In this document: positions 10,267 to 19,095 of the stretch, piece by piece
How positions within the stretch are numbered: position 1 is the first letter of the stretch
Layout of the letters: each line of letters starts with the position of its first letter
NCBI GenBank assembly: GCA_050253415.1
Contig: JBFWJC010000003.1
Span: forward strand, 128,001-192,000
Source of the DNA: Pedobacter sp.
GTDB lineage: Bacteria > Desulfobacterota > Desulfuromonadia > Desulfuromonadales > Syntrophotaleaceae
Direction of reading: 5' to 3'
DNA length: 64,000 nucleotides
Translations under genes and position numbers: made by a program
Notes under the pieces: generated by a model
The model's input: the letters and a program-made list of their open reading frames with translations, nothing else
What the model was told of the DNA's origin: nothing
Database searches by the model: none

Positions 10267-12768
10267 TCATTGTTTATCGGGAGCGGACTCCGGAACGACA
10301 GTCTCTGTGGCTGGTTTGGCCGCAGTTTTCCGGGGTCGGCGGGCCGGTTTTTTCTTGATGGGTTCCCCGGTGTCCGCTTCTGAGGATGCTTTCGCGGGTT
10401 CTGTTACGTCGCCAGTTGGCTTTTTAGTCGTGGTGCGACGTTTTGGGGTGGCCGCCGCTGTTTCTTTGACCGGTGTTTCATCGGTGACTTCCGTAACCGT
10501 GTCAACCGTGGCATCCGCGGCTTTTTTCGCAGTGCGTCTTGGCCGGGATCGCCGGGCCGCAGGCTTGACGGCCGCCGGTTCTTCAACAGCGCTCTCCTGG
10601 GTCACGGGTGCTGCTTCGGTGCCAGCTGGCAGTGGTGCTTTATCCGTTTCCGCCGGTTCGGTTTTTACGCGACTCTTGGCCGGGGTCCGTTTTCTGGCCG
10701 CCGGTTTAACCTCGGGCTTAACCTCCGGTTTAACCTCCGGTTTAACCTCCGGTTTAACCTCCGGTTTAACCTCGGGCTTAACCTCAGGTTGCGCTTCAGG
10801 TTGCGCTTCAGGTTGCGCTTCAGGTTGCGCTTCAGGTTGCGCTTCAGGTTGCGCTTCAGGTTGCGCTTCAGGTTGCGTAATCGCTCTTTTGGCCGCAGGT
10901 TTCCGCCGGCGGGGCCGAGGTCTTCTCGCCGGTTTTTCCGGTTGTTCGGCTGTAACCGCTGCATCCTCTGCAGTGGCCGTGGCTATTTCCGTAACGGGTT
11001 CTTGGGCTATATCCGCCTCGGCGGGGATTGTTCCCGAAGTTACCGTTGCGGGTTGGCCCTGTTCTGCACCCTCGGGCGAGACAGGCGTTGCTTCACCGGT
11101 GGTGTCTGCTGCAACCTCCTGGCCGTTAGCATTCTCTGCGGAAGAGGATTTGCGGCGTCTGCGCGGACGGCGTTTGCGTTTTGCCGGCTTTTCTTCGACG
11201 TCGGCTTCTTCGGTTGGCTGGATATCGTTAGATTCGGCCATGACGTGGCTGGCTTCGATGTAAGCGGTAGCCTGTGCCGATTCTTTTTCACGTTTGTGAA
11301 ATTCGATCTCGCCCTGGCTATTTAAGTATTCCGGGCAAGCTTTGATATGGATACGGATATCATTGGTTTGCTCAATGTTTAATAGTTCCGGGCGTTTATT
11401 GTTGAGCAGGTAGCTGGCAACATCCAGTGGGACCATCGCTTCTACCCGCCCGACATGCCCCTTCGCGAGTCCCGCATGAATTCTGCGTAAAAAGGATAGG
11501 GCCTGCGCCTCAACCGTCTTGATTTTGCCACTGCCGTTGCAGTGGGGACAGACTTCAAAAGACGCTTCGGCGAGAGCTGCCTTGATACGCTGGCGGCTCA
11601 TTTCAAGTAATCCGAACTGGCTTATGCGACCGATGCTGACCCTGGCTTTGTCCATTTTCATGGCTTCCTTGAGGGTCTTTTCCACTTCGCGAATATGCTT
11701 GCGGTCACGCATATCGATAAAATCGATGACCACCAGCCCCCCAAGGTCACGCAGACGTAACTGGCGTGCAGTCTCGATAGCTGCTTCAATGTTGGTTTTG
11801 TAAGCGGTTGCTTCGACTCCTTGCTCGCTGGCCATTTTTCCGGAGTTGACATCGATGGCCACCAGGGCTTCGGTACTGTCGATGACGATAGACCCACCAG
11901 ATGGAAGCATGACCTTGTTTTTACTGATCGACTCGATCTGCTCTTCAATCTGATAGCGGGCGAATATAGGTCGGCGCTCCTGGTGCAGTTTGACCAGTTC
12001 GGCGTATTCGGGCATCACTTCCTGGAAAAATTCGCGTGCTTCAGCGGACACCCGGGCATCATCCACCAGTACTTCGTCCATATCATCGCTGAAATAGTCG
12101 CGGATGGAACGGATAACAAGATTGGATTCTTTGTATACCAGGGCAGGTGCCTTGGTGGTGCTGGAAAGGGTTTGGATCTTGTTGTACAGGCGCAGCAGGT
12201 AGTCAACATCACGTTTGAGATCGGTTTTTTTCTGGGTGCTGCCGGCGGTTCGCACGATATAGCCCATGTCCTCAGGGATTTCCAGGCTATTCATGAGTTC
12301 CTTGAGTTTTTTCCGATCCGATTCCTTTTCGATTTTACGTGAGATACCTTTGGTGTCGGATTCCGGCATCAGGACCATATACCGCCCCGGGAGAGAGAGG
12401 TAAGTAGTCAGGGCTGCACCCTTGGTCCCACGCTCTTCCTTGACGATCTGTACCAGGATTTCCTGTCCGCGTCTTAGCAGGTCGTTGATTCGCGGTCTTT
12501 TTCCTTGTTCAGTGCGCCCTTCGGCGGCTTGGAAAAAAGACGGATGGATTTCTCCAACCTGAAGAAATCCAAGGCGTTCGCTGCCATAATCGACAAAGGC
12601 CGCCTGGAGTCCCGTCTCGACGCGGGCTACGACGGCCTTGTAAATATTGCCTTTGGTTTGTTCTTTGCCGGATATTTCAATATCCAGCTCTGTCAGGGTC
12701 CCGTCTTCAACAATGGCAACCCTGTGCTCCTCAGGATGAGTAGCGTTGATGAGCATCTTTTTAGTCAT
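10267..12768 (-). CDS. rne: Ribonuclease E (Rne/Rng family) with long disordered C-terminus
   Basis: GNIYKAVV, AAFVDYG, KEERGTKGAALTT, AIDVNSG, IDFIDM, Zn-link CPHCNGSG; Arg/Pro/Glu-rich tail. Confidence 0.95.
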   Translation of the reverse strand: MTKKMLINATHPEEHRVAIVEDGTLTELDIEISGKEQTKGNIYKAVVARVETGLQAAFVDYGSERLGFLQVGEIHPSFFQAAEGRTEQGKRPRINDLLRRGQEILVQIVKEERGTKGAALTTYLSLPGRYMVLMPESDTKGISRKIEKESDRKKLKELMNSLEIPEDMGYIVRTAGSTQKKTDLKRDVDYLLRLYNKIQTLSSTTKAPALVYKESNLVIRSIRDYFSDDMDEVLVDDARVSAEAREFFQEVMPEYAELVKLHQERRPIFARYQIEEQIESISKNKVMLPSGGSIVIDSTEALVAIDVNSGKMASEQGVEATAYKTNIEAAIETARQLRLRDLGGLVVIDFIDMRDRKHIREVEKTLKEAMKMDKARVSIGRISQFGLLEMSRQRIKAALAEASFEVCPHCNGSGKIKTVEAQALSFLRRIHAGLAKGHVGRVEAMVPLDVASYLLNNKRPELLNIEQTNDIRIHIKACPEYLNSQGEIEFHKREKESAQATAYIEASHVMAESNDIQPTEEADVEEKPAKRKRRPRRRRKSSSAENANGQEVAADTTGEATPVSPEGAEQGQPATVTSGTIPAEADIAQEPVTEIATATAEDAAVTAEQPEKPARRPRPRRRKPAAKRAITQPEAQPEAQPEAQPEAQPEAQPEAQPEAQPEVKPEVKPEVKPEVKPEVKPEVKPEVKPAARKRTPAKSRVKTEPAETDKAPLPAGTEAAPVTQESAVEEPAAVKPAARRSRPRRTAKKAADATVDTVTEVTDETPVKETAAATPKRRTTTKKPTGDVTEPAKASSEADTGEPIKKKPARRPRKTAAKPATETVVPESAPDKQ
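10701..10877. repeat. Two-part in-frame 12-bp tandem repeat in rne, encoding (PEAQ)7(PEVK)7
   Basis: Seven units of CCGGTTTAACCT/CGGGCTTAACCT (10701-10784) abut seven identical TCAGGTTGCGCT units plus a partial unit (10784-10877). Confidence 0.97.
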
Positions 12769-13100
12769 GAAAATCCTTCCGACTGCCGCACGCGACAGCC
12801 ACTAAATGGGTTAGGGCCGAAAATATTCGGCTTGTCAGTTTTCCCGTGCCGGACGAATCGGTCCACCGGGCCTATGGGCGGTGGTGATCGCTGGCTGAAC
12901 ACGGTACGGAAAGACCGTTGATACTTTTATATGGTCAAGGCATGGTGCCCGACGGCATACATTGAAAATGGTGGGAAAACCCCGATAACTGATAAATTCA
13001 ACTAGTCAATGAGACGGAGGTGCAGAGCTCAGGATTTCCCTGTGGGGTCTCGTCTCTTTCGAGGTTTTACCTGAGCTTCTATTGTGCTATAAAAAGAGCC

Positions 13101-15029
13101 ATGCTGCAACTGCGAAATATTATCAAGGATTTTGGAGACAGGCGCCTGTTCGCTGGTATTAACTGGCATGTCAGGCTTGCTGATCGCATCGGGCTTTGCG
13201 GAGAGAACGGCACGGGTAAAACGACCCTGCTCAGGGTTCTCGCCGGAGAGGTGGCGATCGATGGTGGCGAGGTACAGAGTGCCAAGGGCACATCCATCGG
13301 CTATTTGCCGCAGGATGGTCTGGTGCATGCCGGTCTCAGCCTGTTTGATGAGGTGCGTTCGGCCCTTTCCGAGCTCATGTCCCTGGAAGCGGAACTGCGA
13401 TCTCTCGAGGCGCAAATCGGTGCTGACAGCCCTCCGGGGATGTTGGAACGTTATGCCGTGGTTCAGGAGATTTTCCGTCACCGCGGCGGCTATGCCATCG
13501 AGGCGGAGATCGGCCGGGTTCTCGGCGGTCTCGGTTTTGCCGAAAGTGACTGGCAAAAGCCCTGTGAGCAGTTCTCCGGTGGGTGGCAGATGCGTATCGC
13601 CCTGGCCAAACTGCTGCTGCAGCGACCCAATCTGTTGTTGCTGGACGAACCGACCAACCATCTGGACCTGCCGGCACGGGATTGGCTTGAGAATTATCTG
13701 GCTGATTATCCGTTTGCCGTCGTGCTGGTATCCCACGACCGGTTTTTCCTTGATCGGGTGGTAAACCGTATCGTTGAACTGTGGAACGGCGCCTTAACGG
13801 AATATACCGGGAATTACAGCACCTATCTGGTAGAGCGGGAACAGCGTATCAGTGCCCTGCGTGCTGCACGCATGCGCCAGGATGAAGAGGTTGCCCGTAT
13901 TGAAGCCTTCATCAGTCGGTTCCGTTATCAGGCCAACAAGGCGACCCAGGTGCAGAGCCGCATCAAGCAGCTTGAAAAGATTGATCGCATTGAAGTGCCT
14001 CCCGAGCGCAAAAGCATCGCTTTTCAGTTTCCCGCCCCCCCTAAAGGCGGACGTCTGGCATTGGAACTGGAAGACATCGAACAAGGTTATGGTCCGTTAA
14101 GCGTATTGCGGGGGGTGTCCCTGAGTATCGAGCGGGGGGAACGCGTGGCGCTGGTCGGTGCCAACGGTGCGGGCAAGTCGACTCTCATGCGTTTAATGGC
14201 TGGTACCGAAGCGCCGCGTAGTGGTGTTCGAAAGGAAGGACACAACCTGGATCTGGCCTATTTCGCCCAGGATCAGGCGAGAGTGTTAAATCCTTCCCGT
14301 ACGGTCCTGGAGGAATTGACGGCGACGGCGCCTTTTGACATGGTGCCGCGGGTTCGCGATATTCTCGGCGCTTTTTTGTTTTCCGGTGACGATGTTCATA
14401 AACCGGTATCGGTACTCTCCGGAGGCGAACGCAACCGCCTGGCTCTGGCTATGTTGTTGCTGCGACCGGCAAATTTGCTATTGCTGGACGAACCGACTAA
14501 CCATCTTGATCTGCAATCCAAAGATGTCCTGTTGCGTTCTTTGCTGGCTTACCAGGGGACTCTTGTGTTCGTATCCCACGATCGCTATTTCGTCGATCGC
14601 CTGGCGACGCGGGTAATTGAGGTTGGTGGTGGCTGTGCCGTTTCCCATTTGGGCAACTACGAGGATTTTTTGCGGGACAAGGCTGCCGGTGGAGATCTCA
14701 GTCATTCGGCAGAGCGCGTCGAACAGAGGCAGGTTGCCGCCACGGGTGGGGAGGACAACGCGACTACGGCCTCGGCAGCATCCTATGAAGATCGCAAAGT
14801 AGCCAAACGCGAGGAGCGGCGGAGGCAAAAGCAACTTGCCGAAATCGAAACTTTGATCGAAGTTGGGGAACAGAAGCTGGCTGAATTGGAAGCAACCATG
14901 GCCGATCCTCAACTGTATGATGATCCCCAGCGATCCCGGCAGGTCGCGGATGATTACGAAGCTTTGCAGAATGAAATTGCTGATCTTTACCAACGCTGGG
15001 AAGCGTTGCACCTTGAAGAAACGGCCTGA
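13101..15029 (+). CDS. ABC-F family ATPase (two NBDs, C-terminal coiled coil)
   Basis: GENGTGKT, FSGGWQMR, LLLDEPTNHLD; second NBD GANGAGKS, LSGGE, LDEPTNHLD; no transmembrane segments. Confidence 0.94.
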   Translation: MLQLRNIIKDFGDRRLFAGINWHVRLADRIGLCGENGTGKTTLLRVLAGEVAIDGGEVQSAKGTSIGYLPQDGLVHAGLSLFDEVRSALSELMSLEAELRSLEAQIGADSPPGMLERYAVVQEIFRHRGGYAIEAEIGRVLGGLGFAESDWQKPCEQFSGGWQMRIALAKLLLQRPNLLLLDEPTNHLDLPARDWLENYLADYPFAVVLVSHDRFFLDRVVNRIVELWNGALTEYTGNYSTYLVEREQRISALRAARMRQDEEVARIEAFISRFRYQANKATQVQSRIKQLEKIDRIEVPPERKSIAFQFPAPPKGGRLALELEDIEQGYGPLSVLRGVSLSIERGERVALVGANGAGKSTLMRLMAGTEAPRSGVRKEGHNLDLAYFAQDQARVLNPSRTVLEELTATAPFDMVPRVRDILGAFLFSGDDVHKPVSVLSGGERNRLALAMLLLRPANLLLLDEPTNHLDLQSKDVLLRSLLAYQGTLVFVSHDRYFVDRLATRVIEVGGGCAVSHLGNYEDFLRDKAAGGDLSHSAERVEQRQVAATGGEDNATTASAASYEDRKVAKREERRRQKQLAEIETLIEVGEQKLAELEATMADPQLYDDPQRSRQVADDYEALQNEIADLYQRWEALHLEETA

Positions 15030-15092
15030 AAAAGGACCTGTCCCGTACGCAAAATCCGAAGGATGGGACTTGTCATGCTTTACGGAGGATTC

Positions 15093-15746
15093 ATGATCGT
15101 ATTACCACGAGGCAAACCGGTCAAAGAGGGGGGACGCACCCTTGGCATGGACTGGCATGAAGTGCTGGAAAAACTGCATGATGGTCATTTCACCGGTTAC
15201 CTGAATTTTGTTGCCGATTATGGTCGTGGTCTGTTGTTGTTTGTTCGTGGTCAGTTGGTAGTGATTCGTTACTGTATGCGTGATGATGTACTTGCTGGCG
15301 AAGTTGCCCTTAAGCACATTTTTTCGGCGTCACTGTCGGGTCACGCCAGCCTGGACATTTATCGGTTGGAGCCAGTTCTTGCCCTTGAAATATTCAACCT
15401 TATCGAGGGAGAGACGCTCTACCAGGGGCAACATCGCGACCTGCTGGATATTCCATTTCTGCTCGAACGGTTGAAGTCTGATTGTTTTAGCGGTGGGTTG
15501 CATGTACAAGCCGGGGATGAGGTGGCGATTATTCTCATGGAGGAAGGCCATTTTCTCGGATTTTTTCATGATGGGCATCCGGGTATCATGACCTCCGCCG
15601 ACCTCTCCACCTCGGTGGCATGGCAACCTGGAGCCAAAATCGATGTAATCCGATCTGCAGGGGTCACCGATTTGGATCTGCCTGATTTTTTTCAGGAACT
15701 CGATCTGGGACCTCTTTGGGAAAATGCCTTGTTACATGCCGGGTAA
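15093..15746 (+). CDS. Uncharacterised protein with two internal repeats
   Basis: SD GGAGG before ATG 15093; repeated LE(K/R)L....F(T/S)G.L pattern. Confidence 0.7.
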   Translation: MIVLPRGKPVKEGGRTLGMDWHEVLEKLHDGHFTGYLNFVADYGRGLLLFVRGQLVVIRYCMRDDVLAGEVALKHIFSASLSGHASLDIYRLEPVLALEIFNLIEGETLYQGQHRDLLDIPFLLERLKSDCFSGGLHVQAGDEVAIILMEEGHFLGFFHDGHPGIMTSADLSTSVAWQPGAKIDVIRSAGVTDLDLPDFFQELDLGPLWENALLHAG

Positions 15747-15769
15747 ACAAACTGGGGAAAGGGCGTGGT

Positions 15770-16297
15770 ATGAAACGGGAAATTTTCGGAAGAATGGAAT
15801 TGCTCGTAGGAGATATCACCCAACTGCAGGTCGACGCCATCGTCAATGCGGCGAACCGTAGCCTGCTCGGAGGGGGTGGTGTGGATGGGGCCATTCATCG
15901 CGCCGCCGGTCCGGATTTAGTCGAGGAGTGCCGTACCCTTGGTGGGTGCGAGACGGGTGACGCAAAAATCACCGGCGGCTATAAACTTCCCGCGCGTCAC
16001 ATCATTCATACGGTCGGCCCGGTGTATCACGGTCGTCCTGACGACCCAGAGCTGCTGGCATCCTGTTATCGCACCAGCTTGCAACTGGCTCGCAAGCATG
16101 GCCTGGCCAGTGTAGCTTTTCCTGCTATAAGTTGCGGCATTTATGGGTATCCCGTGGATCAGGCCTGCCGTATTGCGATTGATACGGTGCGCGATTTTCT
16201 TACGGACAGCGCGTTGCCTGAAAAGGTATTGTTTGTTCTTTTTTCCGAGGAGTTTTTCCGTATCTATCGTGACTATTTACGCAAGGTAACGGCCTGA
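15770..16297 (+). CDS. Macrodomain O-acetyl-ADP-ribose deacetylase (YmdB-like)
   Basis: [41 protein letters not shown]. Confidence 0.93.
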   Translation: MKREIFGRMELLVGDITQLQVDAIVNAANRSLLGGGGVDGAIHRAAGPDLVEECRTLGGCETGDAKITGGYKLPARHIIHTVGPVYHGRPDDPELLASCYRTSLQLARKHGLASVAFPAISCGIYGYPVDQACRIAIDTVRDFLTDSALPEKVLFVLFSEEFFRIYRDYLRKVTA

Positions 16298-16385
16298 TAC
16301 CTCTCAACCTGCGGTTAGTACTCCGTGCGATGAATCGACACGGTTAACCGCACGGGACGCAAGCGGTTCGAAAATCGGAGATTTG

Positions 16386-17495
16386 ATGAATATCCTGTTG
16401 CTGGAGCCGTATATGGCCGGTTCGCATGCTGCCTGGGCGAGCCAGTATGCCGCATACAGCCGGCACCAGGTGCAGGTGCTGGGACTGCCAGGTCGACACT
16501 GGAAATGGCGCATGCATGGCGGTGCTGTTACCCTGGCCGGTCAGTGGCTGGCTAAGCAAGCTCCTGTCGATTTGCTGCTTGCCACAGATATGCTTGATCT
16601 GGCTTGTTTTCAGGGGTTGACCCGTTATCGTTGTGGCGCCGTGCCATCGGTTCTTTATTTTCACGAAAACCAACTGACTTATCCTTGGTCTCCACGTGAT
16701 GCCGATCCCGGTCAACAGCGTGATGCTCACTACGCTTTTCTGAACTTTACCAGTGCCTTGGCCGCGGATTCCGTTCTGTTTAATTCGCGTTACCACCATG
16801 ATGCCTTTTTTGAGGCGTTGCCCCGCTTTTTGAAACGTTTTCCCGATTGCCGACAACTGGACGATGCCACGCGTATTCGTGATAAAAGCCAGGTGTTGCC
16901 ACTTGGGCTTGATTTACGCCGGCTGGATGCTTCCCGGGAAGAGAAGACTCTTTCCAAGTCCGGGCCGCTGATTCTGTGGAACCATCGTTGGGAATACGAT
17001 AAAAATCCGGAAGCGTTCTTTTCAGCCCTGTTCGTTCTTGCCGATGAAGGCTGGCCTTTTGAGGTGGCTGTACTCGGGGAGTGTTTTGCCGAGATACCTG
17101 ATATTTTTCAGCAGGCGCAGCAACGTCTCGGGGACCGCATTGTTCATTTCGGTTTTGCACGTAGTTTTGACGAATATGCGCGCTGGTTGTGGCGGGCCGA
17201 TATTTTGCCGGTCACCTCGATTCACGATTTTTTCGGTATCAGCGTAGTCGAAGCCATGTATTGCCAAACCTGGCCTCTGCTTCCGCGACGTCTTGCGTAT
17301 CCGGAACACCTCCCGGCAAAGTGGCATGATCGGCATCTGTACGACAGCTCGCAGGAATTGCTCGATGGCTTGCGGGCGTTGTTGGCCGATCCCTCGGTGA
17401 TGGACGGGCAAAACCCGCGTGCATGGGTAGAGGGTTACGACTGGCATTGGCAGGCATCGCGCTATGATAGCCTGTTTCAATCGATGATTGTATAA
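16386..17495 (+). CDS. GT-B glycosyltransferase, DUF3524/GTDC1 (QTMAN)-like
   Basis: LLEPYMAGSH, PGRHWKWRMHG, YFHENQLTYP, FNSRYH, WNHRWEYDKNP, FFGISVVEA, RLAYPE. Confidence 0.85.
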   Translation: MNILLLEPYMAGSHAAWASQYAAYSRHQVQVLGLPGRHWKWRMHGGAVTLAGQWLAKQAPVDLLLATDMLDLACFQGLTRYRCGAVPSVLYFHENQLTYPWSPRDADPGQQRDAHYAFLNFTSALAADSVLFNSRYHHDAFFEALPRFLKRFPDCRQLDDATRIRDKSQVLPLGLDLRRLDASREEKTLSKSGPLILWNHRWEYDKNPEAFFSALFVLADEGWPFEVAVLGECFAEIPDIFQQAQQRLGDRIVHFGFARSFDEYARWLWRADILPVTSIHDFFGISVVEAMYCQTWPLLPRRLAYPEHLPAKWHDRHLYDSSQELLDGLRALLADPSVMDGQNPRAWVEGYDWHWQASRYDSLFQSMIV

Positions 17496-17794
17496 CTGGT
17501 TTTCATCCGGAAGCGGACCTTTTCCTTAATCTCTGCGTCAATTTGCACGGTTGCTTCTGCGGCGTAAACCACGATGCCTGGGCGCAACCGTTTAACTTCC
17601 TTGACCTTGAGAGAAATTGCTCGTTTCCCCTGTTAAAACGTCACTGTATTCATCCAATGTTTCCGGATGTACAAACTAACTATGCATTGTTACCCCGGAT
17701 TCCTTAAAGAGGCGCTTCGTTCAGGAAAACTTGCTATAATGGGCTGTCTCCTGAGTTCGAGAATAGCTATTTTATTAATCATATCGGAGCTGCA

Positions 17795-19045
17795 ATGAAC
17801 GACGATTTTGACGATTATCCTTTTTTCTCCGATGAAGAGCGGGATCTTCTGGAAATGGCCCAGGTGGCCTTTCAACAGGGTGACCTGGTCCATGCGCTGG
17901 AACTTGGCGAAGCCTGGCTCGAGGATCACCCCCTGGATGTCGAAGCTATGCATTTATGTGCCCTGGCTGCTGCTGGTCAAGGGGACGAGAGCAAGGCCAT
18001 GGCTTTGTATCGCAAAGCCTTACGGTTTGAACCTGCGCATGGAACGCTGCATCACAATATCGGTGCTCTGCTGGAAAGGCGCAAAGACTATGTGAATGCC
18101 TTATATCATCTCCGGCGGGCTTTGGAACTGCAGCCTGATTTCCCAGAAATCTACATGAATCTTGGCAACGTCCTCGATGCACTGGGTCAGTCGGAGGAAG
18201 CGCTGGCCATGTACCAGGAGGCCTTGCGGCGCCTGCCCGATACGGACGATGTTTATTTCAACCAGGGATGTACCTTAAACCGCATGGGGCGCTATCTGGA
18301 GTCGTTGGAGAGTTTTGAGACGATATTGAAGGACGATCCTGATAATGCCGCCGCTCTGAACGGCAGAGGGTTGGCTCTTGTCGGTCTGGGGCGTGATGCA
18401 GAGGCGATCGACGCTTTTTCCGCAGCCATACGATACGCTCCCGACAGCACCCTGTATCTTTACAATCGTGCTTTGGCCCTGCGTGGCCAGCAGCGCTTGC
18501 AGGATGCACTGCTGGACCTGGATAAGGCTTTGATTATCGATGCAGGGTTTTTGGAAGCATCGTTGCAAAAGGCGGAAGTGCTTCATGAACTGGGGCAATG
18601 GGATGCAAGTTGGCAGGCTCTGGCAACCGCAGGAATTTCCGACCCGGCTCGCCCGGAAATCGCATGCTGTAAAGGGCTTTTGCTGGAAAGCCAGGGTGAT
18701 CTGAATGGCGCCCTGATGGCATTGGAGCAATGCCTTACCAGTTTCCCCAACGACCGAAAGGCTCTCGGTCATAAGGGGCTGGTGCTTATGGAGCTTGGCC
18801 GGTACGACGAGGCTATCCTTTGTTTTAACGCGGTTCTGGCGCAGGGTGAAAATCCGGAAATAGCTTACCGCCGGGCCTGCATTTACGCACAACAGGGGCA
18901 GGTTCGCAAAGCGGTTCAGTCGCTTGGTCAAGCTGCCGCCCACGATCCGGCCAAACTGTTGGCCGCCCAAACCGATTCTGCTTTTGATGCTGTAAGAGAG
19001 TCGCCGTCATTCAGGCGCCTGTTCAAGAAGTATCACCTCACCTAG
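17795..19045 (+). CDS. Tetratricopeptide repeat protein
   Basis: About ten TPR units (NIGALL, NLGNVL, NQGCTL, NGRGLAL, YNRALAL and others); acidic N-terminus. Confidence 0.9.
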   Translation: MNDDFDDYPFFSDEERDLLEMAQVAFQQGDLVHALELGEAWLEDHPLDVEAMHLCALAAAGQGDESKAMALYRKALRFEPAHGTLHHNIGALLERRKDYVNALYHLRRALELQPDFPEIYMNLGNVLDALGQSEEALAMYQEALRRLPDTDDVYFNQGCTLNRMGRYLESLESFETILKDDPDNAAALNGRGLALVGLGRDAEAIDAFSAAIRYAPDSTLYLYNRALALRGQQRLQDALLDLDKALIIDAGFLEASLQKAEVLHELGQWDASWQALATAGISDPARPEIACCKGLLLESQGDLNGALMALEQCLTSFPNDRKALGHKGLVLMELGRYDEAILCFNAVLAQGENPEIAYRRACIYAQQGQVRKAVQSLGQAAAHDPAKLLAAQTDSAFDAVRESPSFRRLFKKYHLT

Positions 19046-19074
19046 TAGGCTGTCGGACTATCCGACAGCCTACT
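19044..19074. repeat. Perfect 14-bp inverted repeat
   Basis: AGTAGGCTGTCGGA-cta-TCCGACAGCCTACT with no adjacent T-tract. Confidence 0.9.
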
Positions 19075-19095
19075 GGCGTTGCCGGAGCCTTTTTT

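Noticed and set aside
10701..10877. Possible CRISPR array
   Set aside because: Contiguous 12-bp units with no spacers, in frame within a CDS; no cas genes in the window.
10229..11325. Repetitive ORFs (TSGL/ASGC, RFRL and NLKR repeats) overlapping rne
   Set aside because: They are alternative-frame or antisense readings of the 12-bp repeat; the rne frame carries the conserved domains.
13020..13100. Extended N-termini from the ORF track (here and for smr, ndk, rlmN, prs, rpsF, rplI and dusB)
   Set aside because: Downstream starts match family N-termini and mostly have better SD sites; the extensions are longest-ORF artefacts.
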